64,000 nucleotides of DNA from Spirochaetales bacterium (GCA_037142615.1 JBAXAI010000006.1:85118-149117), one strand, 5' to 3'; numbered from the stretch's first letter, positions 9,398 to 19,371 are shown. Numbers and translations are program-made. The notes: generated by a model from the letters alone, not told the origin.

Positions 9398-10654
9398 CTA
9401 GTCTTCGAGCTTCTTGGCGATGGCCTTCAGCATGTCGGCTTCGGTGGTTTCACCGGCAACGTACTTGCTGATCAGCTGGCCAAACTCTGCCACGGCGGCG
9501 GGTCCGAGCGCCACTTCGAGGTTGGGAACCGTGAAGGAGGCCTTCTGGACCAGGTCCATAAAGCGCTGCATGCCCTTTTCGACGGGAGTGGCGGCCTGGA
9601 AGGTAAAGGGAACCGTGAACATCGCACCGGAAGCCAGCGAAATCTTCTTCACGCTGTCGGGTGACGTCAGCACCTTGAGGAAGGTGATGATGGCGGCGCG
9701 ACGGGCGGGATCCTTGGTTTCGCCAGCGGCGAGCATGGCCTGCAGGAACATGGGAACCGAGTTCTTGTAGGTGCCGAACGACGGCAGGTAGTCAAACGCC
9801 AGGTTGGAGAACACGGCGGGGCCGTCCTTCTCGGAGGGAGCCAAGCGCCACGAACCGTTGGAGTAGATGGCCGACTCTTCCTTGAGGAAGTGACCGTTGG
9901 CAATCGCCGGAGCGGCACCCACCGAGTCAACGTTGGCGTAGCTGAACATCTTCTTCAGGTCCTTGAGCGATTCGACGAACACCGGGTCGGTGATGGGCTT
10001 CGACCAGACATTTTCGCCGCCACGGGTGGCCGCAATCTGGGTGAACCACAGCATGGTGATGTAGGCGTTGGTGCCACCGGTGTTCTGGGCGATGGGGCTG
10101 ATGCCCAGCGCCTTGAGCTTGTCGGCAGCGGCCCAGAACTCAGCCGAGGTGGCGGGAACCTTGGTGACGCCGGCCTTCTTGAGCAGCGCCATGTTGTACC
10201 AGACGGGGGTGACGCCCACTTCGAAGGGGAGCGACTTGAGCTGGCCCTTGATGGTGGCCTGCTTGATCGAGGCTGCGGGGAACGACTTGGCCCAAGTACC
10301 GGTCAGGTCCTTGCTGAAGTCCATCACCAACGGAGATTTGTAGAACTCCGAGGTAGCAGGGTTGAGCTTGAACGTGAAAATGTCGCCCGGGCTGGTACCG
10401 GCGGCCAACGAGGTGCGGATCTTCTGCTCATAGGCGTCGTAGTTGGGTTGGGCCTCAATATCAACACGGATCTTGCCCACATTGGCGGCATTGAACGCGT
10501 CGACAATCTCCTTGACGGGTGCGGCTTTGGCGTCGCCACCGACCCAGATACAGGGCCAGGTGAGCACAATTTCCTGGGCCGCCGCCTGGGCACCCACGAG
10601 CGTCAAGACAACGCCAAGCGTCGTCAGAAACTTCAGAACTTTGCTGGTTCGCAT
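9398..10654 (-). CDS. Sugar ABC transporter solute-binding protein (candidate SQ/SQ-glycerol binding)
   Basis: Signal peptide MRTSK...AQAAA, SBP family-1 features (FNAAN, SLPF, WYN..LLKKAG, NGSW), RBS AGAGGAG. Confidence 0.88.
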   Translation of the reverse strand: MRTSKVLKFLTTLGVVLTLVGAQAAAQEIVLTWPCIWVGGDAKAAPVKEIVDAFNAANVGKIRVDIEAQPNYDAYEQKIRTSLAAGTSPGDIFTFKLNPATSEFYKSPLVMDFSKDLTGTWAKSFPAASIKQATIKGQLKSLPFEVGVTPVWYNMALLKKAGVTKVPATSAEFWAAADKLKALGISPIAQNTGGTNAYITMLWFTQIAATRGGENVWSKPITDPVFVESLKDLKKMFSYANVDSVGAAPAIANGHFLKEESAIYSNGSWRLAPSEKDGPAVFSNLAFDYLPSFGTYKNSVPMFLQAMLAAGETKDPARRAAIITFLKVLTSPDSVKKISLASGAMFTVPFTFQAATPVEKGMQRFMDLVQKASFTVPNLEVALGPAAVAEFGQLISKYVAGETTEADMLKAIAKKLED

Positions 10655-10700
10655 ACTCTTCTCTCCTCTTTTGACTTTTTCCCTTGCTAGGGATTTAATT

Positions 10701-11438
10701 TCAAACAACCAACATCACGATTCCCGTGACAAACAGCATCGAAAACACGATCTTGGCGAACAGGTCGGAATCGACCCGCCGATGCGCAAACTCCCCGGCG
10801 ATGATGCCGGCAATCAGGAAGGGTGACATCAGGCCCAGTTCGCCCAGCGACTCGGTGGTAAACATGCCCTGCAGGTAAAACTGCGTCATGAGCACGGAAT
10901 TAAGTGTCACCCACAAAAGGACTAACGTCGAGCGGAAGTTGCCTTTGTCGGGTAGCGTGCGGCTGGCGTACAGCACCACCAAAGGCCCTCCCGTGGCAAA
11001 CGCGCCGTGCACAATGCCGCCCAGGAACAGCAGAACCCAGTAAAACGGCGTCGGCAGGCCCTTCGAGGCCCCCTCGCGGGCGGGCAAGAACCGCTTCCAC
11101 AGCTGGTAGCCGGCGCTGAACAAAATGAACACGGCCAAGGCCTTGGTCAGCAGCACCTTGTCGAGCACCTGGTAAGCCCACATGCCCAGCGGCAACCCCA
11201 GCCCGACGAAGAACAGGATGATCCCGAACTCCTTCCAGACGATCTTGCGGAACGCAGTGATCACAAAATACAGGGCCAGCACCCAGGCCAGCACCGCCAG
11301 CAGGAACTTGGCCTTGCCCAACCCCAGCAGCATGCTGACAAAGGGCATGGCGAGCACGGTACACCCGAAGCCGGTGATGGCTTCCAGTCCGTGGGTAACG
11401 AGCACCACGAACCCGGTGACCAGCCAGGTCAGAGTCAT
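10701..11438 (-). CDS. TauE/SafE-family sulfonate exporter (SqwE/SqvE-like)
   Basis: TGFG...AMP, about 8 TM segments, GAFATGGP..V, FRSTL. Confidence 0.88.
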   Translation of the reverse strand: MTLTWLVTGFVVLVTHGLEAITGFGCTVLAMPFVSMLLGLGKAKFLLAVLAWVLALYFVITAFRKIVWKEFGIILFFVGLGLPLGMWAYQVLDKVLLTKALAVFILFSAGYQLWKRFLPAREGASKGLPTPFYWVLLFLGGIVHGAFATGGPLVVLYASRTLPDKGNFRSTLVLLWVTLNSVLMTQFYLQGMFTTESLGELGLMSPFLIAGIIAGEFAHRRVDSDLFAKIVFSMLFVTGIVMLVV

Positions 11439-12604
11439 GTGCGCTTGGCTCCCACCAATTGACGTACGGCTTCGACGCCCATCGGGGGCACGTTGTTGAG
11501 CAGCTTGAAGTCGGTTTGGCACTTGTCGAACAGCTCGGCGAGGCGCGCGTCGGTGAGCACCCCCGCCCCGGCGATATCGGCGAAACGGCACGGCAGACCG
11601 GTGTGCACTTTGAGGCGCAGCAGCTCATCGGCCAGGCGTTTCACCGGCTCGGCGGCTCGAGGCCACAGCTGGTTCGCAACGGCCTCGAGCTTGGGGCGCA
11701 CCCTGGGGTCGACCGCGTTGAACGCAAACACATCCTCGGTGAAAAACGCGCAGGCCGCGCCGTGCGGCACGTGCCATTCCTCGCTGAGAATGAACGACAG
11801 CGCGTGGATGGCGGCCGTCCCGGTGTTGTTGAAGGCCACGCCCGCAGCGCACGCGGCGGCCAGCAGTTCGGCGGTTCCCTCGCTCCTGCCAGCTTTGCGG
11901 GCGTCGTAGGCCGGTTGGAAAAAGCGCAGCAGGTTCACCAGCGCGTCGGTCGCCAGCAGGTCACTGACCGGGGTGGCATTTTTGTTCCACAGGGTTTCGA
12001 GGGCGTGCGTCATGGCATCGTAGGCGGTGCTGGCCAGCAAAGCCGGAGGAATGTCGGCCACCAGCGCCGCTACCAGCAGCGCCAAGTCGGCCTGCAGCAA
12101 CGGGCTGCCCAGCGAGTACTTGCGGCCGCTGCGGGCGGTGTACACGCCGAACTTGGTCACCTCGGCGCCGGTGACACAGGTGGTGGGGACCAGCAACAGT
12201 TTGGCGCCCCGGCGTTCCAGTTTGCGGGTGGCGTGGGGTCCCAGGTAGTCGTCGAGGTCGCCTTCGTGGCCGGCCATGGCACACACGGCCTTGGCGGAAT
12301 CCAGCGCGCTGCCGCCACCGATGCCGAGCACCAGGTCGGGGGCAAACACGCGGGCGTCGGCCACCATGGCCATGATGTCGGCGGTTTGCGGGTTGGGCAC
12401 AATGCGGTCGTCCACGCGCATGCGGGCCGGTTCCACAAACTCCGCCAGCACCTTGTCGAGCAGCGGGAACGGCCTGGGATCTTTGATGAGGAGCACCCGG
12501 GCATCAGTCCGGTTGGCCAGAAAGGCCGTCACCTGGCGCAGGGTAGCGGCGTCGAGGTGGTCGAGCGCCTGAACTTTGGTGGAACTCTGAACGCTGAAAA
12601 GCAT
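11435..12604 (-). CDS. sqwF: Iron-containing alcohol dehydrogenase (SqwF-like sulfoacetaldehyde reductase by context)
   Basis: GIGGGSALDSAK, PTT..TGAEVT, metal ligands DAMTH/AAIHAL/VPHG. Sits between the RpiB-like isomerase and TauE, as in the sulfo-TK cluster. Confidence 0.75.
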   Translation of the reverse strand: MLFSVQSSTKVQALDHLDAATLRQVTAFLANRTDARVLLIKDPRPFPLLDKVLAEFVEPARMRVDDRIVPNPQTADIMAMVADARVFAPDLVLGIGGGSALDSAKAVCAMAGHEGDLDDYLGPHATRKLERRGAKLLLVPTTCVTGAEVTKFGVYTARSGRKYSLGSPLLQADLALLVAALVADIPPALLASTAYDAMTHALETLWNKNATPVSDLLATDALVNLLRFFQPAYDARKAGRSEGTAELLAAACAAGVAFNNTGTAAIHALSFILSEEWHVPHGAACAFFTEDVFAFNAVDPRVRPKLEAVANQLWPRAAEPVKRLADELLRLKVHTGLPCRFADIAGAGVLTDARLAELFDKCQTDFKLLNNVPPMGVEAVRQLVGAKRT

Positions 12605-12613
12605 GCCGTCCCC

Positions 12614-13117
12614 TTATTTGCTCACTACGGGCTTGAACTGTTCGGCTTCGAGCTTGCGCACCTGCTCAAACGCGTTGGTCAAAAAGTCCTTCTTGAACTC
12701 CATCTTCTGGGTGAACTCCATGGCCAACCACGCATCGACAATTTGGCAGCCGAGGAAAGGCGCGGTGATCCAGCCACCCAGCGTGATCACGTTGGCGTTG
12801 TTGACGATTTTGGCGCGCTCGCCGCTGAACACATCGTCGACGACGCAGGCGTACACGCCTTGGTGTTTGTTGGCGACGATGGCCATGCCCTGGCCGGTAC
12901 CGCAGATCAGAATGCCCTTGTGCGCGGCGCCGGATTGAACCGCCGTGGCCACCTTGGGTGCCTGCTCAAAGTACGGCTTGGGCGCATCGGCGCTGTCGAT
13001 ACCGAAGTCCTGGATCTCGAGGGTGGGGTATTTTTCGCGCAGGTGCTTCACGATTTCCTGCTTGAGGGGAAAGCCGGAAAGGTCGCTGGCGATGGCAAGT
13101 TTGATGGTTTCAGACAT
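12614..13117 (-). CDS. sqwI: RpiB/LacA/LacB-family isomerase (SqwI-like 4-deoxy-4-sulfoerythrose isomerase by context)
   Basis: GILICGTGQGMAIVANK, NNANVITLGG. The usual SDH motif reads SDL. Confidence 0.75.
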   Translation of the reverse strand: MSETIKLAIASDLSGFPLKQEIVKHLREKYPTLEIQDFGIDSADAPKPYFEQAPKVATAVQSGAAHKGILICGTGQGMAIVANKHQGVYACVVDDVFSGERAKIVNNANVITLGGWITAPFLGCQIVDAWLAMEFTQKMEFKKDFLTNAFEQVRKLEAEQFKPVVSK

Positions 13118-13144
13118 GGTGTTCTTCCTTTTGGCGAGAGCAGT

Positions 13145-14080
13145 CTATAGACGTTCGACGATTTCCAGGGTGTCCTTGGCGGTGAGGGCAAAGCGGGGTT
13201 GCAGGTAGTCGACCGTGCCCACTTCGCCAAACAGGTCCTTGACCCCTTGGCGGGCAAACTTGACGGCGATGCCGGCTTCCATTAGGTACTCCGCCACGGC
13301 CGAACCCAAGCCGCCGATGGCCTGATGGTTTTCCATAGTGACGACCTTGCCGCACTTGCGGGCCCAGGTGCCGATCAGTTCCGTGTCGAGGGGTTTGAGG
13401 CTCAGCACGTCGATCACGGCGGCTTTGACGCCTTTTTCGGCCAGTTGATCGGCGGCTTTGAGTGCCTCGGCCACCATGAGCACGCCGAGGGCGACCAGCA
13501 GAACGTCGGTGCCTTGGCGCAGCAGTTTGCCCTTGCCGAGCTCGAACTTTTCGCCGGCCGGGTAGAGCGCGGGTGCGGCGCGGCGGGTGAGGCGCAGGTA
13601 CACGCAACCCTGGTGGGCCGCCGCGAGCCCCACCAGCGCCGCCAGCGAAACCGGGTCGCTGGGTTCGATCACCGTGAGGCCGGGAATGACGCGCATCAAG
13701 GCCAGGTCTTCAAACGGCATGTGAGTGCCGCCGTTGAAGGCCGCCATCACGCCGGGGTCGGTACCAACCAGCTTGACGTTCAGGTGGGCGTAATTGGCCG
13801 ACAGGAAAAACTGGTCGTAGGCGCGGCGGCTGGCAAAACACGCGAACGTCGCGGCAAACGGGATCTTCCCGGTGGACGACAAGCCGGCGGCAACGCCCAC
13901 CATGTTGGCCTCGGCGACGCCAATGTTGAACGCGCGGTCGGGGTAGGTCTTGGCGAACACCCCGGTTCCGGTGGCCCTCATCAGGTCGGCCTCGAGAATG
14001 ACGATGTCGGGGTTGGTCTTCGCGAGCTCCACCAGGGTGCCGTTGTAAACCACCCGCATTTCGATCGGTGCGTCTGCCAT
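13145..14080 (-). CDS. sqwH: Transketolase C-terminal subunit (SqwH-like)
   Basis: EADL, GVAEANMVG, FACF, NGGTHM, VYLR, ENH...GGLGSAV. Confidence 0.8.
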   Translation of the reverse strand: MADAPIEMRVVYNGTLVELAKTNPDIVILEADLMRATGTGVFAKTYPDRAFNIGVAEANMVGVAAGLSSTGKIPFAATFACFASRRAYDQFFLSANYAHLNVKLVGTDPGVMAAFNGGTHMPFEDLALMRVIPGLTVIEPSDPVSLAALVGLAAAHQGCVYLRLTRRAAPALYPAGEKFELGKGKLLRQGTDVLLVALGVLMVAEALKAADQLAEKGVKAAVIDVLSLKPLDTELIGTWARKCGKVVTMENHQAIGGLGSAVAEYLMEAGIAVKFARQGVKDLFGEVGTVDYLQPRFALTAKDTLEIVERL

Positions 14081-14093
14081 GGGTCTGCTCTCC

Positions 14094-14918
14094 TTACGCC
14101 AGGGCCGCGAGGGCCTGTTGAACTTGCTCGGCGGTGATGGGCATGTTGTGGCTGGTCACCAGGCCTTCACAGAACGAGCAGCCCTTGCCCTTGATGGTGT
14201 CCATCACGATCATGCTCGGTTGCCCGCGGTGAGCTTTGGCTTCCACCACCGCCCGCTCGAGGGCTTCGAAGTTGTGCCCGTCGATCTGCACGGCATTCCA
14301 GCCAAAAGCCACCCATTTGTCGAGCAACGCGCCTTGGTCCATGATTTCACTCGTCATGCCGTCAATCTGCATCTTGTTGAAGTCGGTGAACGCGATCAAG
14401 TTGTCCAACTTGTAGTGGGCGGCCATCATCGCCGCCTCCCAAACCAGGCCCTCATCGCTCTCGCCGTCGCCGATGATGCAGTACGTGCGGGCTCCCTTGC
14501 CGTCAAGACGCTGTCCGAGCGCAATGCCGCAGGCGGCCGAGATGCCCTGCCCCAGCGAGCCGGTCGACATGTCGATACCGGGGGTTTTGGTGCGGTCACA
14601 ATGCGATGGAAGATTGGTGCCGCCCTTGTTGAGCGTGTGCAGCCAGTCCTTGGGGAAAAAGCCCTTCTGGGCCAGCATGGCGTACAGCGCGGGGCCGGCG
14701 TGCCCCTTCGACAGCACGAACCGGTCGCGATGCGGCAGGTTGGGTTGCTTGGCGTCAAAACGCAGATGGCGATGGTAGACCACCGCAAGCGCGTCGACGA
14801 CCGACATGGACCCGCCAATATGGCCGACACCCAGATGGCCGATCTCGTCGATGGTCAGCCGCCGGACTTCCTTGGCAAGCTCGACCAGTTCCTGCAGTTC
14901 CTTCGGTTCCATGCTCAA
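14094..14918 (-). CDS. sqwG: Transketolase N-terminal (ThDP-binding) subunit (SqwG-like)
   Basis: GHIGGS, DRFVLSKGH, TGSLGQG, GDGE..EG..WEA, N..QIDG, TIKGKG. Start is TTG 14918 or ATG 14912. Confidence 0.8.
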   Translation of the reverse strand: MSMEPKELQELVELAKEVRRLTIDEIGHLGVGHIGGSMSVVDALAVVYHRHLRFDAKQPNLPHRDRFVLSKGHAGPALYAMLAQKGFFPKDWLHTLNKGGTNLPSHCDRTKTPGIDMSTGSLGQGISAACGIALGQRLDGKGARTYCIIGDGESDEGLVWEAAMMAAHYKLDNLIAFTDFNKMQIDGMTSEIMDQGALLDKWVAFGWNAVQIDGHNFEALERAVVEAKAHRGQPSMIVMDTIKGKGCSFCEGLVTSHNMPITAEQVQQALAALA

Positions 14919-14960
14919 AACCCGCCCCCTTGCCCCACTGTCACGTCAGGCCCTCCCTTA

Positions 14961-14989
14961 TATTAAAATCGTTATCGACTTATTGTCAA
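14961..14989 (-). promoter_or_regulatory. Promoter of the transketolase-yihQ operon with operator copy A1
   Basis: Minus strand TTGACA (14984-14989) and TAATAT-like -10. The imperfect palindrome TTAAAATCG-TTAT-CGACTTATT (14963-14984) fills the spacer. Confidence 0.7.
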
Positions 14990-15036
14990 CGAAATCTTTC
15001 CCTGTTACAGTAAGGCGGGATGCAAGGAGTCCAATC

Positions 15037-16209
15037 ATGGCTTTCGGCACGGTGATCGAACAGCGCAAGACCGCTAAACGCAACCACGTGATCGGTCTTT
15101 TCCGCGAAAAGACGCACCTGTCGAAAGCCGAGGTGCGCCAGCTGTCGGGGTACTCGATGGAAACCCTGATCGGGATTTTCCGCAACCTGGAAGACAGCGG
15201 GCTGCTTTGCCCCAGCGAGGTGGCCGCGGCGCGCCTCAAGGGTCGCCCATCCGAGCGTTACCGGCTCAACCCGCTGGTCGGGCTGTACCTCGGGGTCACA
15301 TTTACCAGCGCGCGTCTGCACCTGATGCTGGTCAACCTTTCGCTGGAACGGCTGAGCTTCCGGTCGGTCGACGTTCCCGATGGCGCGGCACAGGACGAGT
15401 TCGAGCGGTTCTTTACCGCCGAACTGGCGCGCTTCGCGGCCGACAACCAACACCATTTGCCGGCCATCCGCAAGATCGCGTTGGCCCTTCCCGGCCAGGT
15501 GGACCCGGCAACCGGCGTGCTGAGGCACTACGGCCTGATGCCCTCCTGGCGGAACCTGGACCTGGCGTCGGTGGTGACCCGCGTGTTCGGCGCCGTGCCG
15601 CTGGTGGTACGCCACAATATCGCCGGGTACGCGCGCGAGGTGCTTTCCACCCCGGCTTTGCGCGATTTCGACGGCCGCATCCTGTACGTGACCGCGCGCT
15701 CGGGCACCGCGCATGCCCTCCTGCAACAGGGAAAAATCGTGCTCGACAACGGCGAAATGGGGCACCTGCACGTCAGTCAGTCCAACCTGGTGTGCGAATG
15801 TGGGCGCACCGGCTGCCTCGACACCATTTTTTCGCTCAAGGCCATCGGCAAACTGCTGCCCGGACAGACGCTGGGCGACTTTGGCCACCACCTGCGCAAC
15901 CTGGCCGTGGCAGCTCAAGCCGAAGCGCTGGCGCCCCTGGAGACGGCCTACCAGGCCTTTTCGGAAGCCCTGCTCGACCTCTGTGCTGCCACCTCGCCCG
16001 ACCTGGTGGTGCTGTCGGGCGAGCTGCTGGCCGTGCTGCCCGAACCCGTGGCGTGGATCGAACGGTGGCTGGGCCAGCTGTACAACCCTGCCCAGCCGCC
16101 GGTCTGGCTGCCCGAGGACTTTCTGTACCTTCCTTCGGGGACCGAAGCCGCGGCGTTGGGCCTCTGCAGCGCGCTCATGGACGAGGATCTGCAGGGCGGG
16201 ACATTTTAA
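15037..16209 (+). CDS. ROK-family transcriptional regulator 1
   Basis: N-terminal HTH (LSKAEVRQLSGYS), GRP, PGQVD, GEMGH..CECGRTGCL zinc motif. ATG follows AAGGAG; divergent from the transketolase operon. Confidence 0.9.
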   Translation: MAFGTVIEQRKTAKRNHVIGLFREKTHLSKAEVRQLSGYSMETLIGIFRNLEDSGLLCPSEVAAARLKGRPSERYRLNPLVGLYLGVTFTSARLHLMLVNLSLERLSFRSVDVPDGAAQDEFERFFTAELARFAADNQHHLPAIRKIALALPGQVDPATGVLRHYGLMPSWRNLDLASVVTRVFGAVPLVVRHNIAGYAREVLSTPALRDFDGRILYVTARSGTAHALLQQGKIVLDNGEMGHLHVSQSNLVCECGRTGCLDTIFSLKAIGKLLPGQTLGDFGHHLRNLAVAAQAEALAPLETAYQAFSEALLDLCAATSPDLVVLSGELLAVLPEPVAWIERWLGQLYNPAQPPVWLPEDFLYLPSGTEAAALGLCSALMDEDLQGGTF

Positions 16210-16258
16210 TCGTTGTCGATTTTAACCCTTGACAGCCGTGTTGGAACGGGTTGAAGAT
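16204..16258 (+). promoter_or_regulatory. Operator copy A2 and promoter of the DUF4867 gene
   Basis: TTTTAATCG-TTGT-CGATTTTAA (16204-16225), which resembles the 14963 motif, immediately followed by TTGACA (16229-16234). Confidence 0.65.
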
Positions 16259-16264
16259 GCCCGC

Positions 16265-16912
16265 ATGAAATATTTTTCTTGTGAGGACGAGGCCTTCCGG
16301 CCCTACGGCCGAGTGCTCTCCGGGTTACCGACCAGCGGTCTGGTCGATTGGATGCAGGCCCAGGTCAAGATTGCCGAGGGCACCCAGTACCAGCGGAGCG
16401 TCGGTGCCCTCGAGGACCTGCCAGGCCCCGAGCAACTGACCTGGAAGCAGTGGGCGTCGAAGGTGTTTTACGGCTCGTTCCCCGCGCAGGTGGGCTGGGT
16501 GGCCGGGCACAGCCGCAAACTCAACGCGCTGGAGTACCACAAAGCCAGCGAGATCACCGTGGCCACCACCGACCTGGTGCTGTTCCTGGGGCGCCTGCAG
16601 GACCTCCGCGACCACCGCACCTATGATTCCAGCCTTTTGGAAGGGTTCCGCGTTCCGGCAGGTACCGCAATTGAGATTTATTCGACCACGCTGCACTTTG
16701 CGCCCGCCACCCTGAGCCCCGCGGGGTTTCAGGCGGTGATCATCCTTCCCCTGGGGACCAACGCCCCGCTCGAAAAGGTGAACACCCAGGCCGCCGGCGA
16801 GGAAGCCCTGCTGTGGATGGCCAACAAGTGGCTTATCGCTTGTCAGGACTCGATTCCCGCCAAGCGCGGGGCCAAGGTGGGTATCTCGTCCAACCTCGAA
16901 TTGCCCGGCTGA
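16265..16912 (+). CDS. DUF4867-family protein (SftX-like, found in SQ clusters)
   Basis: FRPYGRVL, LNALEYHK.SE, VPAGTAIEIY.TTLHFAP, LP.GTN, NKWLIA. Confidence 0.85.
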   Translation: MKYFSCEDEAFRPYGRVLSGLPTSGLVDWMQAQVKIAEGTQYQRSVGALEDLPGPEQLTWKQWASKVFYGSFPAQVGWVAGHSRKLNALEYHKASEITVATTDLVLFLGRLQDLRDHRTYDSSLLEGFRVPAGTAIEIYSTTLHFAPATLSPAGFQAVIILPLGTNAPLEKVNTQAAGEEALLWMANKWLIACQDSIPAKRGAKVGISSNLELPG

Positions 16913-18033
16913 TCGGCCGGCAGGTCCAAAAAGAACGCTCGCACCGCGATGGCGGCCCCTCCTAAATAGGGAGCGGCCTCGTCGAGCGCCGAATGGCGGA
17001 TCACCGCGGCGGCCTGCGGGTTGGCGGTGAGTTCCACCAATTGGTCGACCAGCAGACCCAGGACCAGCGGGTGGTTGAGAAAGCTGCCGTAAAGCACCAC
17101 CCAGTAGGGGTCGAGCAGCTGGATGGCGTGGTCGATGGCCAGCGCCAAATGCCCCAGCGTCGTCTGGACCAGCTCCTTCACCCGGGCATCCCCGTCGGCC
17201 AGCGCCTGCAGGATCAACGCCGGTGACGCCAGCCCCGTAGCGGCCACCAACGCGGCGGGTGAGGCCAAGGTCTCCAGGCACCCGGTGCGGCCGCAGCGGC
17301 AGACCAGCTTGTTGCCCGGCACCAGCGTGTGACCGATCTCGCCCGAGCGGTCGTGCGACCCGGTGTCGATGCGGTGCTCCAGAATCAACGCCGAACCGAT
17401 GCCCGGTCCGTACTTGAGGAACAGCTGGCGGCCGTCGCCGGGGTTGCCGCCAAAGTCCATTTCGGCCAAGGCCAACGCGCGCACGTTATTTTCCAGGCAC
17501 ACGGGCACACCCAATGCGGCTTCCAGAAGCGCCACCACCGGCACGGGCTGGTCCCACAGGCCGTAGTCGTGCAAGGTGCGCCCCGTTTGCCGGTCCACGC
17601 TTCCCACCACCACCACCCCGACCCCCACAAGCTGTGCCACCGCGAGGTTGTGCGAGGCCGCCAGTTGCAGCAGTGAGGTGGCGACCCGCGCCAGGATTTG
17701 CTCCGGGGTTTCTCCGTCCAGCGGTGGCAGGCGGCTGGAAGCCAGCGGCACCCCATCGAGGCGGCACAGCGCCGTAGTGAGTCCCTCGGTCTCGATGGAC
17801 GCGGCCCCGACAAAAGATCGACTGTAGTCGAGGTCGACGAGAATCTTGCGGCGGCCGGCGCGGTTTTCGACCTCCTCGCCGCGTTCAACCAGCAGGCCGG
17901 CGTCGAGCATCTTGGCCGTCAGAATGGTCACCGCCGCCGGGGTGAGCCCAATGCGCGCCGCGATGTCTTTGCGCGACAAGGGGCCGCTCTTGCGCAGCAC
18001 CCGCAGCACGGCGATCTGACTCAGTAGTCGCAG
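16843..18033 (-). CDS. ROK-family transcriptional regulator 2
   Basis: GPLSRKDIAARIGLTPAAVT HTH, GRR, LENNVRALALAE, GEIGH..CRCGRTGCLE. Start codon uncertain (CTG 18033, GTG about 18009 or TTG 18114). Confidence 0.85.
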   Translation of the reverse strand: MRLLSQIAVLRVLRKSGPLSRKDIAARIGLTPAAVTILTAKMLDAGLLVERGEEVENRAGRRKILVDLDYSRSFVGAASIETEGLTTALCRLDGVPLASSRLPPLDGETPEQILARVATSLLQLAASHNLAVAQLVGVGVVVVGSVDRQTGRTLHDYGLWDQPVPVVALLEAALGVPVCLENNVRALALAEMDFGGNPGDGRQLFLKYGPGIGSALILEHRIDTGSHDRSGEIGHTLVPGNKLVCRCGRTGCLETLASPAALVAATGLASPALILQALADGDARVKELVQTTLGHLALAIDHAIQLLDPYWVVLYGSFLNHPLVLGLLVDQLVELTANPQAAAVIRHSALDEAAPYLGGAAIAVRAFFLDLPADQPGNSRLDEIPTLAPRLAGIES

Positions 18034-19361
18034 ACTTCCATCCCCAACAGCGAACCCAGCACGCGCAGCTCGGCCACCACGTCGTCGTAGATCACCACGA
18101 AGTGCGGTTCCCAACCGTCCTTGACGGCCTTGGTGATCAACTGCTCGGCGTTCATGCGCGGCTGGAACACCAGCGAGGTGCCGCTGAACTGCTGCGGCGC
18201 GTCGAGCACGCTGCCCGGCGACACCAGAAACCGGAAGCTGCCGTCGGGTTTGCGGCCCACGCGGAACACCGTGGCCTTTTCGGCAGGCTTGCAGCCAAAC
18301 TCCATCGTCGGTCCGATTTTACGGTTGGGGTGCACGCCCATGGCAGCGCCGCTGTCGGCGCGCGCCAGCGAGCATGCCGCCGTTCCGCAGTGCCAAAACG
18401 TCACGGTGTTGGCGGCTTCGTCGAGCGAGACGGGGTCGCCGAAAAACACCGCGGCGTGCGACAGCTCGATGCCGATGTACATCGAAATGGCGCCGTACAG
18501 GTCGGCTTCGCAGGCCGCCGCCACGAGGTTGTCGTTGAGCATGCCCAGCACGCCGCACACCGGCGTTCCATAGTCGACGAAGTAGTCGGGCCAGCAACGT
18601 GAGGCCAGGGCTTGCACATTCTTGGACACGACAAAGTCCTTGTAGGCCTTGTACAGGCGCACGTAGGCCTCGACGTTTTCGGCGGGCAGTTTGTCCAGGC
18701 CGACCATTTTGGCGCGGGACTCTTCCCACTCGACGGTCAGGTCGGCGGCGGCGTAGCTTTTGGCCTTGGTCATCAGCTCGCGCGCCTCCACCGACTCGAG
18801 GTTGGCACCGAAGGCGCGCACCACATCGGCGTCGAGCGCGCGGCCAAAGCCGAAACCCTGCGGCGTGTGCCCGATCGAAGCCACGGTGAGCCCGCGCAGC
18901 TGCTTTTTGACGCGGGCGGCACCGATCACGGCCTTGAGGGTGTTGCGCACCTTGTCTTCGCCCGGTCCGCCAAACACGTACTCGAAGTTGGGGCGGTCCA
19001 GGTGGTGCATCAGGTTACCGGCCGAAAACGCCCCGGTGAGCGAGTTCAGCCGCAACCGGCCGCCGTCGATCACCGGTTCTCGCAACGTCCACAACACCAG
19101 CGGGCAGGCGCAGCTTTTCACCACCTCGGTGGCGAAGGCCGAGTTGGCGAAGGTGTTGTTTTGCAGCACCACCAGGTCGGCGTTCAGCGTGTCGAGGTAG
19201 GCCTTGAGGTCGTCGAGCTTGAGCAAGGGACCAGCGGGAACCACGCAGTCGGGGCTCAGCGACTTGAGCAGTTCCACCGAGCGGTGAAACTGCTCGTGGG
19301 CGCTCTCCATGTGAAACGTGGGCACCCCGATGGGCACGTAAGCGAGCTGAAAGGGTTTCAT
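18021..19361 (-). CDS. sqvD: Sulfoquinovose isomerase (SqvD/SftI; L-fucose/arabinose isomerase-like fold)
   Basis: YVPIGVPTF, LREPVIDGGRLRLNSLTG, GHTPQGF, ASRCWPD, ACEAD, WHCG, VHPNRKIGPTM, GWEPH. Confidence 0.88.
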   Translation of the reverse strand: MKPFQLAYVPIGVPTFHMESAHEQFHRSVELLKSLSPDCVVPAGPLLKLDDLKAYLDTLNADLVVLQNNTFANSAFATEVVKSCACPLVLWTLREPVIDGGRLRLNSLTGAFSAGNLMHHLDRPNFEYVFGGPGEDKVRNTLKAVIGAARVKKQLRGLTVASIGHTPQGFGFGRALDADVVRAFGANLESVEARELMTKAKSYAAADLTVEWEESRAKMVGLDKLPAENVEAYVRLYKAYKDFVVSKNVQALASRCWPDYFVDYGTPVCGVLGMLNDNLVAAACEADLYGAISMYIGIELSHAAVFFGDPVSLDEAANTVTFWHCGTAACSLARADSGAAMGVHPNRKIGPTMEFGCKPAEKATVFRVGRKPDGSFRFLVSPGSVLDAPQQFSGTSLVFQPRMNAEQLITKAVKDGWEPHFVVIYDDVVAELRVLGSLLGMEVCDY

Positions 19362-19371
19362 AGGGGTCTCC

